The translations under genes and the position numbers were made by a program. From contig CAWHWT010000006.1 in the NCBI GenBank assembly GCA_963833145.1, forward strand, positions 33,221 through 97,220: DNA of 64,000 nucleotides. Direction: 5' to 3'. This document shows positions 53,896 through 62,638 of the stretch, one piece after another. Each line of letters starts with the position of its first letter. The stretch's first letter is position 1. The notes below the pieces were generated by a model. That model was not told where the DNA came from and ran no database searches. It saw only the letters and a list, made by a program, of their open reading frames with translations. Source of the stretch: an uncultured Acidimicrobiia bacterium (GTDB taxonomy: Bacteria > Actinomycetota > Acidimicrobiia > Acidimicrobiales > Ilumatobacteraceae).

Positions 53896-55971
53896 GTGGT
53901 TGTACGTTACGTGCCGGTGGCCGGGACGCGAAGTCGAGAAGAACGACTGGTGACGCGCTCGTTGGTGATCCTCGGACTGAGTGGGCTCGCGGTGGCCCAG
54001 CCGCTGCTCGACCTGTTCGGGAGGAACCCGGACTTCTTCGTCGGCGAGGACTACAGCCGAGTGCAGATCATCGCCTTCGCCGCGCTGATCGCGCTGGTCC
54101 CGCCAGTGATCGGGATCGCCCTCATGGCCGTGGCCACTCTGGTCGATCGACGGGCGGGCACGGTCGTGTTCTGGGTCGTGACGGCGGCGCTGGCGGCGGC
54201 GTTCGTGCTCGCTCTGCTGCGCACGCTCGACGTCGACTCGGCCGTGCTCGCCTTCACTGTCGCTCTCGCCGGTGGCGTCGGCGCGACCGTGCTGATCCTG
54301 CGGACCCGGGCCGGGTGGCTCTTCACTTCCTACCTCGCCGCCGCCAACTTGCTGTTCGTCGGCCTCTTCGTCTTCGTCAGCCCGACGTCCGATCTCCTCG
54401 CCGGCGCCGCGCCGGGCGAGCTCGCTCCGACGCGCGAGCGCGCTCCCACGGAGATCGCTCCGATCGAGGGCCCGGTGGTGGTGGTCGTGCTCGACGAGTT
54501 CCCGGCGGCGACGATCATGCGCGCCGACGGCTCACTGAACTCGGACCGGTACCCGGGCTTCGCCGAGCTGGCGTCGGTCAGCACGTGGTTCCGCAATGCC
54601 TCGAGCCACTACAACCTGACCTATCGCGCCGTTCCCCAGCTGCTCAGCGGCGTGATCGGCAAAGGCGACTTCCTGCCGACGTACGAGGCCTATCCCCGGA
54701 CCCTGTTCACGCTCCCGGTGGGCGACCCTCCGGTACGCCGCTACGAGCCGGTCACCGACCTGTGCCCACCAGCGGTGTGCGCGATCGGAGATGCCTCGCC
54801 CGTGTACTGCTCCCACGTCCTGCCGACGTCCGTACGCGACGAGGTCCCCGACCTCGACGACTCGTCGGGCAGCAGTGGCGAGGGCGCGGCTGACGAGTCG
54901 TTCATCGACCAGGCGTATCGCAAGTACCGCCGACTCAAACGGGAGGGCGAGATCACCCCCCAGCGGCAAGCCGCGATCATGGCGGACGAGATCGCGGCCA
55001 TCGACGCGTCACCAGCGGTGCACTTCCTCCACCTCGTCCTGCCGCACCGCCCCTACCTGCTGTCGCGTTCGGGCAAGCAAGCGTCCGTTCACCCGACCTC
55101 GATCACCGACCCGGCGCAGCCGGGAGCCGAGTTCATGGCCCGATTCGACTACCAGCGGCACAGCATGCAGGTCGGTGCCGTCGACGTTCTGATCGGCGAT
55201 CTGCTCGATCAGCTTCGCGCCCTTCCGACGTGGGAGGACACTCTGCTCGTGGTGACCTCCGACCACGGCACCAACTTCACCCTCCCCAACATCGGCCGGA
55301 TGAAGGTCACCGACGCCAACCGCGACGAGGTCCTGCGCATCCCGCTGTTCATCAAGGCGCCGGGCCAGCTCGACGGCGAGGTGCGCGACGACAGCGCCCA
55401 GACGATCGACCTCCTGCCGTCGATCGTCGACCTCCTGGACATCGAGGTCGACTGGGAGTTCGACGGGCACTCGTTGTACGACGGCAGCACGGCCCGCACC
55501 GAGCCCCAGGTGTCGACCGGCGTCGACGACTTGGTGGAGCTCGTCCAGCGACGGGCCGAGGACTTCCCGTACGGCGACGACTGGCTCGCACTCGCCGCGG
55601 TGGGGGACAACGGGGATCTCGTCGGCCGGCGGGTGGACGAGCTCCGCGTCGGCGGGCCGAGCCGGTTCCACGCGACCCTCCGTCAGCAGAACATCCTGCG
55701 CGATCTGCCGACTCCGCGAGGAACGATGCCGTACGTGCTCGTCGGCACCGCCACCGCCGGCGACGGGTCGAAGGTCGAGCCTCCTGAGCTCCTCGCCGCC
55801 GTCAACGGGACGCTCGCCGGGGTGGTGGGCGGCTACAAGCCCGAGGGCGACGGATGGGCATTCGCGGGGTACGTGGCCGACTTCTACCGTCCGGGCGCCA
55901 ACGAGGTGGCCCTCTACGAGGTGACCCGTGACAGCTCGTCGGTCACGCTCCACCCCGTCCGTCGGCGCTGA
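53896..55971 (+). CDS. Membrane-anchored alkaline-phosphatase-superfamily (sulfatase/phosphoglycerol-transferase-like) protein
   Basis: About five N-terminal TM helices are followed by VVVVLDEFPAAT.. and LLVVTSDHGTNF. The exact start is uncertain. Confidence 0.8.
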   Translation: MVVRYVPVAGTRSREERLVTRSLVILGLSGLAVAQPLLDLFGRNPDFFVGEDYSRVQIIAFAALIALVPPVIGIALMAVATLVDRRAGTVVFWVVTAALAAAFVLALLRTLDVDSAVLAFTVALAGGVGATVLILRTRAGWLFTSYLAAANLLFVGLFVFVSPTSDLLAGAAPGELAPTRERAPTEIAPIEGPVVVVVLDEFPAATIMRADGSLNSDRYPGFAELASVSTWFRNASSHYNLTYRAVPQLLSGVIGKGDFLPTYEAYPRTLFTLPVGDPPVRRYEPVTDLCPPAVCAIGDASPVYCSHVLPTSVRDEVPDLDDSSGSSGEGAADESFIDQAYRKYRRLKREGEITPQRQAAIMADEIAAIDASPAVHFLHLVLPHRPYLLSRSGKQASVHPTSITDPAQPGAEFMARFDYQRHSMQVGAVDVLIGDLLDQLRALPTWEDTLLVVTSDHGTNFTLPNIGRMKVTDANRDEVLRIPLFIKAPGQLDGEVRDDSAQTIDLLPSIVDLLDIEVDWEFDGHSLYDGSTARTEPQVSTGVDDLVELVQRRAEDFPYGDDWLALAAVGDNGDLVGRRVDELRVGGPSRFHATLRQQNILRDLPTPRGTMPYVLVGTATAGDGSKVEPPELLAAVNGTLAGVVGGYKPEGDGWAFAGYVADFYRPGANEVALYEVTRDSSSVTLHPVRRR

Positions 55972-56046
55972 CGCGCGCGGCCGATGAGTTCGAGCGACCC
56001 GACCGGTCAAATGTTCTGACCGAGCCCGTGAGAGATGGAGAATCCG

Positions 56047-56466
56047 ATGGCCTTTCGTCCGTACCTGTTCTTCGGTGGCAACTGCCGCGCCGCCTTCACC
56101 CGCTACCAGGAGATCTTCGGGGGCGAACTGACGCTGCTGACGATGAAGGACGTTCCGGGTGAGGACGCGCCGCCGGCCGACAAGGCCGACCTGATCATCC
56201 ACGCCGCCCTGACCATCGGGCCGGAGCTGTTGATGGCATCCGACGACCCGATGAGCGACGACTTCGGTCCGGTGCAGGGGATGATGGTGAGCTACGACGC
56301 TGCCGACGCTGGCGACGCCAAGCGGGTCTTCGACGCCCTCGCCGAGGGTGGCAGCGTCACCCAGGAGCTGGTGCCGACGTTCTTCTCCGAGGCGTTCGGC
56401 ATGTGCGTCGACCGGTTCGGCACGCCGTGGATGGTCGTCACCCCAGGATCCGAGCAGCCGTCCTGA
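56047..56466 (+). CDS. VOC-superfamily (PhnB-like) protein
   Basis: MAFRPYLFFGGNCRAAFTRYQEIFGG.. with a C-terminal DRFGTPWMV. ATG 56047 lies 6 nt after GGAG. The track start is 56035. Confidence 0.75.
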   Translation: MAFRPYLFFGGNCRAAFTRYQEIFGGELTLLTMKDVPGEDAPPADKADLIIHAALTIGPELLMASDDPMSDDFGPVQGMMVSYDAADAGDAKRVFDALAEGGSVTQELVPTFFSEAFGMCVDRFGTPWMVVTPGSEQPS

Positions 56467-56508
56467 CACCGGCGGCCGACCGCCGCCACGTGCAACGATG
56501 GCCCGACG

Positions 56509-57435
56509 ATGCCTTGGTCGCCGGATCCTGACGCCCTTCGCGGAAAGATCGCCGTGGTCGCCGGGGCCACACGCGGCGCCGGACGAGGAATCGCCTGCGG
56601 CCTCGGCGAAGCCGGGGCCACGGTCATCTGCACCGGTCGGACCACGCGGGCCGACGGCTCGGTCCGATCCGACTACGACCGCCCCGAGACCATCGACGAG
56701 ACCGCCGAACTGGTGAGCGCGCTCGGCGGTACGGGCGTCGCCGTCCCCGTCGACCACCTCGCTGCCGATGAGGTCGGCGCGCTCGCCGAACGGCTGCGGC
56801 GCGACTACGGCCGCATCGACGTGCTCGTCAACGACATCTGGGGGGCGGAGGTGCTCAAGGGCGGCCCCGCCGACTGGAACACGCCTATCTGGGAGCACGA
56901 CGTCGACGCCGGACTACGGATCCTGCGGCTCGCCCTCGACACCCACCTGATCACGTCGCACCACTTGCTACCGCTGCTCATCGAGCGCCACGGAGGCCTG
57001 CTCGTCGAGGTCACCGACGGGACGAGCGAGTACAACGCCTCGGAGTACCGGATCAGCGTCTACTACGACCTGGCCAAGGTCGCCGTCAACCGGCTGGCCT
57101 TCTCGCAGGGTCACGAGCTCGCCCCCCACGGCGGGACCGCGGTGGCGGTCACGCCGGGCTGGCTGCGCTCGGAAATGATGCTCGAGGCCTTCGGTGTCAC
57201 CGAGGACAACTGGCGGGACGCGCTCGACCGCCCGCCGGGCAGCGACCGGCCGGGCGCCCCGCCCGGCTTCGCCGAGTCCGAGACCCCTCGCTTCGTCGGT
57301 CGCGCGATCGCCGCGCTGGCGGCGGACGGGGACCGCGCCCGCTGGAACCAGAGCTCGGTGACTGCCGGCGAGCTGGCCCGCGAGTACGGCTTCACCGATC
57401 TCGACGGCACCCAGCCCGACGCCTGGCGGCGCTAG
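56509..57435 (+). CDS. Short-chain dehydrogenase/reductase family protein
   Basis: LRGKIAVVAGATRGAGRGIACGLGEAGATVICTGR (a TGxxxGxG-like motif), plus YYDLAKVAV (YxxxK). Confidence 0.85.
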   Translation: MPWSPDPDALRGKIAVVAGATRGAGRGIACGLGEAGATVICTGRTTRADGSVRSDYDRPETIDETAELVSALGGTGVAVPVDHLAADEVGALAERLRRDYGRIDVLVNDIWGAEVLKGGPADWNTPIWEHDVDAGLRILRLALDTHLITSHHLLPLLIERHGGLLVEVTDGTSEYNASEYRISVYYDLAKVAVNRLAFSQGHELAPHGGTAVAVTPGWLRSEMMLEAFGVTEDNWRDALDRPPGSDRPGAPPGFAESETPRFVGRAIAALAADGDRARWNQSSVTAGELAREYGFTDLDGTQPDAWRR

Positions 57436-57455
57436 TGGGCCGACGCGGCCTCGGC

Positions 57456-57562
57456 AGATCTGGGCGCGGATGGTCTCATCGAGGTTTCTGGGCGCGGACC
57501 GTCTCGGATCCGAGACGCAGCGCGCCCAGATCGTCGTTGGAGACGCTCCGCGCCCAGATCGT
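57456..57562. repeat. 107-bp nested imperfect palindrome made of four copies of a 12-mer around a perfect 18-bp core
   Basis: TCTGGGCGCGGA occurs at 57459-57470 and 57487-57498. Its complement TCCGCGCCCAGA is at 57547-57558, and the near copy GCGCGCCCAGA at 57520-57530. The core CGTCTCGGATCCGAGACG is at 57500-57517. All elements are mirror-symmetric about 57508/57509. Confidence 0.85.
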
Positions 57563-57655
57563 CGGTGACTCGTGACCGAGGACGACGCGGCGAGGTCGTC
57601 GCCCACCCCCGCTGGCGACGACCCCGCTCGGCGTCTTGTCACCATCGTGCCGGAA

Positions 57656-58033
57656 TCACTCGTCCACGTCTGCGCCAGATGACGCTGAGCGTCCGGCGAT
57701 CTTGACGCAGAGTGGACCACACCCAGAACGGGAATTGCGGAGGGAGTCCGTTGTGCCGCCGTCGCCGGTGCGGATCGCACCGGCGATGGTGCGCGTAGAT
57801 GGGCTCAGTGACCGCCCGGGTGCGAACACGCCGACAGCGAGGACGTAGCCGCCGATTCGCTCGCTGCGCAGGTCGACGAGGCGGTCCCGTTCGTCGTAGG
57901 CGGCGGTGTGGGCGATCTCGCGCTCCGGCGAGCCGGCGACCACGCCGAGCACGAGAGCGAAGTACCAGCCGAAGACCAGGGTGGCACGGCTTCTCCGGGG
58001 CGTACCGTGGACGTCGTGGACGTGACGTTCCAT
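57656..58033 (-). CDS. Hypothetical small membrane protein; 3' end uncertain
   Basis: ATG 58033 (MERHVHDVHGTPRRSRATLVFGWYFALVLGVVAG..). GC3 bias is strong for about 75 codons, then decays after CCCGGG near 57810. The true stop may therefore be earlier, or the frame may be disturbed. Confidence 0.4.
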   Translation of the reverse strand: MERHVHDVHGTPRRSRATLVFGWYFALVLGVVAGSPEREIAHTAAYDERDRLVDLRSERIGGYVLAVGVFAPGRSLSPSTRTIAGAIRTGDGGTTDSLRNSRSGCGPLCVKIAGRSASSGADVDE

Positions 58034-58084
58034 CGCTCGGTCGACGCTAAGGACCGGCGCCCGTGGGTGGCGCAGGTCGGGAAG

Positions 58085-58468
58085 ATGCGCGTCCACGGGT
58101 CGATCCTCGGCTCCGCCGTCGGGGACGACCTGCCGCACGACCTCGTCACGTTCGTGGTCGAGCGCGAGCTCGGGATGACCGACGGGTTCTTCGGCACCGT
58201 CGCCGCCGGCGGCACGTTCCGCTCGATGGCGAAGAAGCGCCACCGCGACGGCAAGGCGGCGATCGCCCGCAACCGCCCGGCACTCGACCGTGCCGAGCGC
58301 GTCGTCCACGAGCACTGGGACGCCTGGCGGCAGGGGCGGCCGACGCCGTGCGCCGCTGCGTTCGAGCGCGTGCAGGCCGATTGGCGGGCGTGCCCGCCGG
58401 GCACGGACCTCACGCTGTCGTGGGACCTGGTCGTGTCCGGCGCACCGAAGAAGCGCCGGCAGCCCTAG
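58085..58468 (+). CDS. Hypothetical protein
   Basis: ATG 58085 (MRVHGSILGSAVGDDLPHDLVTFVVERELGMTDGFFG..). GC3 bias is very strong. I recognised no motif. Confidence 0.6.
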   Translation: MRVHGSILGSAVGDDLPHDLVTFVVERELGMTDGFFGTVAAGGTFRSMAKKRHRDGKAAIARNRPALDRAERVVHEHWDAWRQGRPTPCAAAFERVQADWRACPPGTDLTLSWDLVVSGAPKKRRQP

Positions 58469-58510
58469 CCGGACTCACCGGGTGGGTGCCGCCGCGGCCA
58501 GACTGGCGAC

Positions 58511-59417
58511 GTGACTTCGGGGGACCTCGAGCTCGTCCACTCCATGGCCGACGCGGCCGATCGGGTCTCGACCTCGCACTACCTGTCGGAGGAACTGCGC
58601 ACGACGACCAAGGGCGACGGCACGCCGGTGTCGGCGGTCGACTTCGAGGTCGAGCGGACGGTGCTCGACCTGGTGCACACCGAGCGCCCCGGCGACGCCG
58701 TCGTGGGGGAGGAGGTGGGCCCGCACCCTGGCTCCTCCGATCGCCGGTGGATCGTCGACGGGATCGACGGAACCCACAAGTACGCCGCCGGACGGCCCGG
58801 GTGGGGCACGAGCATCGCCCTCGAGGTCGGCGGCGAGATCACGGTCGGGGTTGTCTCCGTCGCCGCGGTTCGGTCGGCGCTGGTGGGCGACGCGCGGCGG
58901 CGGTGCGTGGTCGGCGCCGTACCGGGCCGACGGCACCCTCGACCGCGACGAGGCAACGCCGATGCGGTGCGGGTCGGCGAGCGTGCTCGGCGACGCGTCG
59001 GTGATCGTCATCCCGCACGAGAGCGCGTTGATCGGTTGGCGCGACGAACTCGCCCACCGCTTCCCTCGGCCGGCCTCACCGCGCAGCCAGTGCCTCGCCA
59101 TCGACGCCGCGATGGTGGCCGCAGGCGAGCTCGACGTAGCGATTCTGACCTTCGGTGGAGTGTGGGACTTCGCCGCGACCAGCCTGCTCGTCACCGAGGC
59201 CGGCGGCGTGTTCCGTGATGCCTGGGGTGGTACGCGACTCGACACCACGACGGCCGTGTTCACCAACGGCGCCCTCGTCGACGACGTGCTCGCCGAGCTG
59301 GCCGCGTTCCGTCCGGCGGAGCCCGACGCCCCGCGGCTGGCGAAGACGGTGACCTCGCCGATCGGGACCGAGGAGGAGCAGGCGATCGACGAGTGGCGGG
59401 GCTTCGGGATCCGGTCG
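58511..59417 (+). pseudogene. Inositol-monophosphatase/HisN-family gene with frame disruption
   Basis: Frame A reads ..WIVDGIDGTHKYAAGRPGWGTSIALEVGGEITVGVVS and then becomes Arg-rich noise. Frame B (track ORF 58851..) continues with ..PRFGRRWWATRGGGAW..VWDFAATSLLVTEAGGVFRD. The switch lies around 58846-58860. No stop separates it from the next gene in frame B. Confidence 0.7.
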
Positions 59418-60642
59418 ATGCCGTCGATGTCGGCCCGGGTGCTCGTCGAGAACCCGCCGCCGTTCGTATTCGAGATCGTGGAGGAGCGGGCCGCCGAGCT
59501 GGAGCGCCCCTTCGTCGGCGTGACCACGGACGGCGTCGTGCGCACCGGGTTGCGGTCGCTCGACGGTCCGTTCGTCAGCACCGAGCCGATCCTCGATGCC
59601 GCACTCGCCTTCCTGCAGGCGCTCACCCCTGAGCAGCGACGACGGGCGTGCGTTCGCGATGGATGCCACCGAGTGGCGGACGTGGATCAACGTCCACATG
59701 AACCACTTCCGTCACGGCGTGATGCTCGAGGACCTCGCCCCGGCCGGTGCGCGAGCTCGCCCTCGACATCCTGCGGGCGACGTTGTCGGCCCGGGGCTTC
59801 CACTACGCACGGTCGATCATGCGGCTCAACGAGTTGATCGCCGAGCTGACCGGCGACCACGAGGCGTTCGGCGAGTGGCCGTACTTCGTGTCGATCTTCG
59901 GCGAACCCGGGCGCGGGGGAGCCGTGGGGCTGGCAGATCGACGGGCACCACGTCTGCATCAACGCCGTCGTGTTCGACGGGCGGGTGGTGATGACGCCGA
60001 CGTTCCTGGGTGCCGAGCCCCGGCGCGTGCAGCACGGGCCGTACGCCCCGATCTCGCTCTTCGACCCCGAGGAGCGCCTCGGCCTCGACCTCATCCGGTC
60101 GTTCGACGCCGCCCAGCGCGAGCGGGCGGTCCGCTACCCGTCGATCCACCCGGACGAGATCCCCGTCCACCTGCAGAACCCGTTCGACGGCCGGATGCAG
60201 GCCGGCGCCTTCCACGACAACCTCGTCGCGCCCGTACCAGGGGGTCGCCGGGAGCGACATGACCGACGCCCAGCGACGCGTCCTCCTCGCCCTCGCCGGC
60301 ACGTACGTCGGCTGGATGGGGGACGGCCACGCGGAGGTGAGGTCGGCCGAGGTCGTTTCCCACCTCGACGAGACCTGGTTCTCGTGGTACGGCGGGACCG
60401 GGGACGACTCGCCCTTCTACTACCGGGTCCACAGCCCGGTGATCCTCATCGAGTTCGACCATCACCCCGGGGTCGCCTTCGACAACGAGGTACCGACGCG
60501 CAACCACGTGCACACGGTCGTGCGCACGCCGCACGGCGGCGACTACGGCGCCGACCTCCTGCGCCAGCACTACGAGCGGTTCGACCACCGCTCTGAGCAT
60601 CGGTCGGTCAGCGGCGACTCCACACCGGCGGCGCCCCGGTGA
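59418..60642 (+). pseudogene. DUF3500-like gene broken by at least four frame disruptions
   Basis: Sensible DUF3500-like sequence hops through four track ORFs (58851.., 59596.., 59747.., 59970.., 60010..): FVGVTTDG..FLQALTPEQR / RAFAMDATEWRTWIN / RELALDILRATLSARG..FGEPG / EPWGWQIDGHHVCIN..FHDNLVAP / YQGVAG..HVHTVVRTPHGGDYGADLL. The switches lie near 59634-59643, 59737-59748, 59915-59919 and 60231-60233. Confidence 0.7.
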
Positions 60643-61528
60643 CCGTCAGCATGATCGAGTAGACCGAGGTCGTGGCGCTGACGAACAGCCGGTTCCGCTT
60701 CGGGCCGCCGAACACGAGATTGGATGCCCGCTCGGGCAGGCGGAGGGTGCCGATGAGCGTGCCGTCGGGGTCGTAGCAGCGCACGCCCTCGGCGGTGGCG
60801 GCCCAGACCCGACCCTGGTCGTCGAACCGGATGCCGTCGAACTGGCCGCCGTCGGCGAACACGGTCCCGCCGGTGAGCGTCCCGCCGTCGTCGACGTCGA
60901 ACACCCGGATGTGGTTGACCTGGCTGTCGACGATGTACAGCTTCGTCTCGTCCCGGGAGAAGGCGAGGCCGTTGGGGCGCTCGAAGTCGTCGGCCACCAC
61001 CGTGCAGCTCCCGGTCTCCGGGTCGACCCGGTACACGTGGCACCCGCCGATCTCGCTCTCCGACCGGTGGCCCTCGTAGTCGCTGTCGATCCCGTAGGCC
61101 GGATCGGTGAACCAGACCGACCCGTCGGACCGGACGACGGCGTCGTTGGGGCTGTTCAGCCGCCGGCCGTCGTGGCGATCGGCGAGCACGGTGACCGAGC
61201 CGTCGTGCTCGGTCCGCGTCACGCGACGCGACCCGTGCTCGCAGGTGATCAGCCGGCCCTGGGCGTCGAGGGTGTTGCCGTTGGCGTAGCCGGACGGGCA
61301 ACGGAACACGCCCGTGTCGCCGGTCGTCTCGTCCCACCGGAGGATGCGGTCGTTGGGGATGTCGCTGACCAGCAGGTAGCGGCCCGCCGCCACGTACACC
61401 GGACCCTCGGCCCAGCGACAGCCGAGCTCGAACCGTTCGACGCGACGATCGCCTCGGCACCCGCGGAACCGTTCGTCGTGGACCTCGAGCTCGGTCGGGA
61501 TCGTGGACGTCACGGTTCGGGGCGACAC
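60608..61528 (-). CDS. SMP-30/gluconolactonase/LRE-family protein
   Basis: Motifs seen: EGPVYVAAGRYLLVSDIPNDRILRWD, NGNTLDAQGRLITCEH, LNSPNDAVVRSDGSVWFTDP, PNGLAFSRDETKLYIVDS. Confidence 0.85.
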   Translation of the reverse strand: MSPRTVTSTIPTELEVHDERFRGCRGDRRVERFELGCRWAEGPVYVAAGRYLLVSDIPNDRILRWDETTGDTGVFRCPSGYANGNTLDAQGRLITCEHGSRRVTRTEHDGSVTVLADRHDGRRLNSPNDAVVRSDGSVWFTDPAYGIDSDYEGHRSESEIGGCHVYRVDPETGSCTVVADDFERPNGLAFSRDETKLYIVDSQVNHIRVFDVDDGGTLTGGTVFADGGQFDGIRFDDQGRVWAATAEGVRCYDPDGTLIGTLRLPERASNLVFGGPKRNRLFVSATTSVYSIMLTVTGAPPVWSRR

Positions 61529-61559
61529 GGTCCCGGCAGACTACGCGCCCTGGTCCGGA

Positions 61560-62096
61560 TCAGCCGCCGTAGCCGGGGTACCCACCGTCGGTCGAGCTGC
61601 CGGCAGCAGGGGTCGTGCCGCCGTCGACCCGGAGGGCGTGCCACGTCAGATGTTGGCTGCCGAAGTCGTCCTCGAAGCCGTCGCCGCTGACGTCGCCCGG
61701 CGAGTCCTCGGAGAAGGTGTAAAGCAGCCGGCCGCCGGCGGTGACCTGCTCGGTACCGTCGGGACGGTCGACCACGCCGAGCTCGGGGACGCCGGGCGCG
61801 GCGGTCGGCGCGTCCGACCCGGGCTCGAGCGGCTGCCAGAAGGAGGTGCAGCCGTCGACGCACCGGACCTGACCGTCGGCCTCCTCGTCGGCGAAGTAGA
61901 GGGCACGGCCGGACGCGTCGACGAGGATCTCGCCGACGCCCTCGACGTCGGCGACGGACACGGTGTCGTTGCTCGCGCCGGCGGTGCCGGCGGTGGTCGT
62001 ATTGCTCGCGCCGTCGTCGTCGGAGCCACCGCACGCGGCGAGGGCGAGGGCGGCCGCGACGGCGGCGACCGACACGGATTTGAGTCCGAGTTTCAT
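61560..62096 (-). CDS. Lipoprotein with two COG4315/Lipoprotein_15-like repeats
   Basis: ATG 62096 follows AAGGAGA. The signal plus Cys is MKLGLKSVSVAAVAAALALAACGG. Repeats: ILVDASGRALYFADEE..C..GCTSFWQPL and VTAGGRLLYTFSED. Confidence 0.75.
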   Translation of the reverse strand: MKLGLKSVSVAAVAAALALAACGGSDDDGASNTTTAGTAGASNDTVSVADVEGVGEILVDASGRALYFADEEADGQVRCVDGCTSFWQPLEPGSDAPTAAPGVPELGVVDRPDGTEQVTAGGRLLYTFSEDSPGDVSGDGFEDDFGSQHLTWHALRVDGGTTPAAGSSTDGGYPGYGG

Positions 62097-62110
62097 GGGG
62101 GGTTCTCCTT

Positions 62111-62597
62111 TCACCACCGGTGTTTCGGTGTCTTGCCGGCGAAGCGGGCAACGAGCGAGGCGCTCAGCAGCACCACGGCGGCGATCTCGGACCGCCGGGT
62201 CAGACGCGATCGCGGCGGGGTCGTATCCGGGCTCCTGGAACCCGAACAGCGGGGTGTGCTCGCTGATCGTCAGCATCACGAGCGAGCCGGCGGCGAGGGC
62301 GATGCCGGCCGCGGTCACGATCGCCACGGTCGCGCCGGCCCAGCGGCCGGTGAGGTGCTCGATCGGTGCGAGCAAAGCGATCCCGATGGCGATCGCGGCG
62401 GCGAAGTCGAGGAGGAACAGCACGCCGATCGTCGGGATCGCCTGGTAGGGGCCGAAGTACTGCTGGAGGTGGACGACGCCGGAGACCACGAGGGCGACGG
62501 CTCCGAGGCCTCGCCCCAGGAGCCAGCCCCAGCGTCGTCGCGCCGGCTGGAGGCGAGACGACGAATCGGCCGCCGGCACCCGAACGTGTTGTTGCAC
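62111..62597 (-). pseudogene. Four-TM small membrane protein with one frame disruption
   Basis: In track ORF 61560..62822 the membrane protein reads straight into the lipoprotein with no stop. After a +1 shift somewhere in 62194-62220, the sequence becomes ..SEIAAVVLLSASLVARFAGKTPKHRW* and ends at TGA 62113-62111, just before the lipoprotein RBS. This may be an assembly error. Confidence 0.55.
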
Positions 62598-62638
62598 GCT
62601 CCTTAGTACCGGCCGGGGCGGCCGTGCGGATTCGTCGA

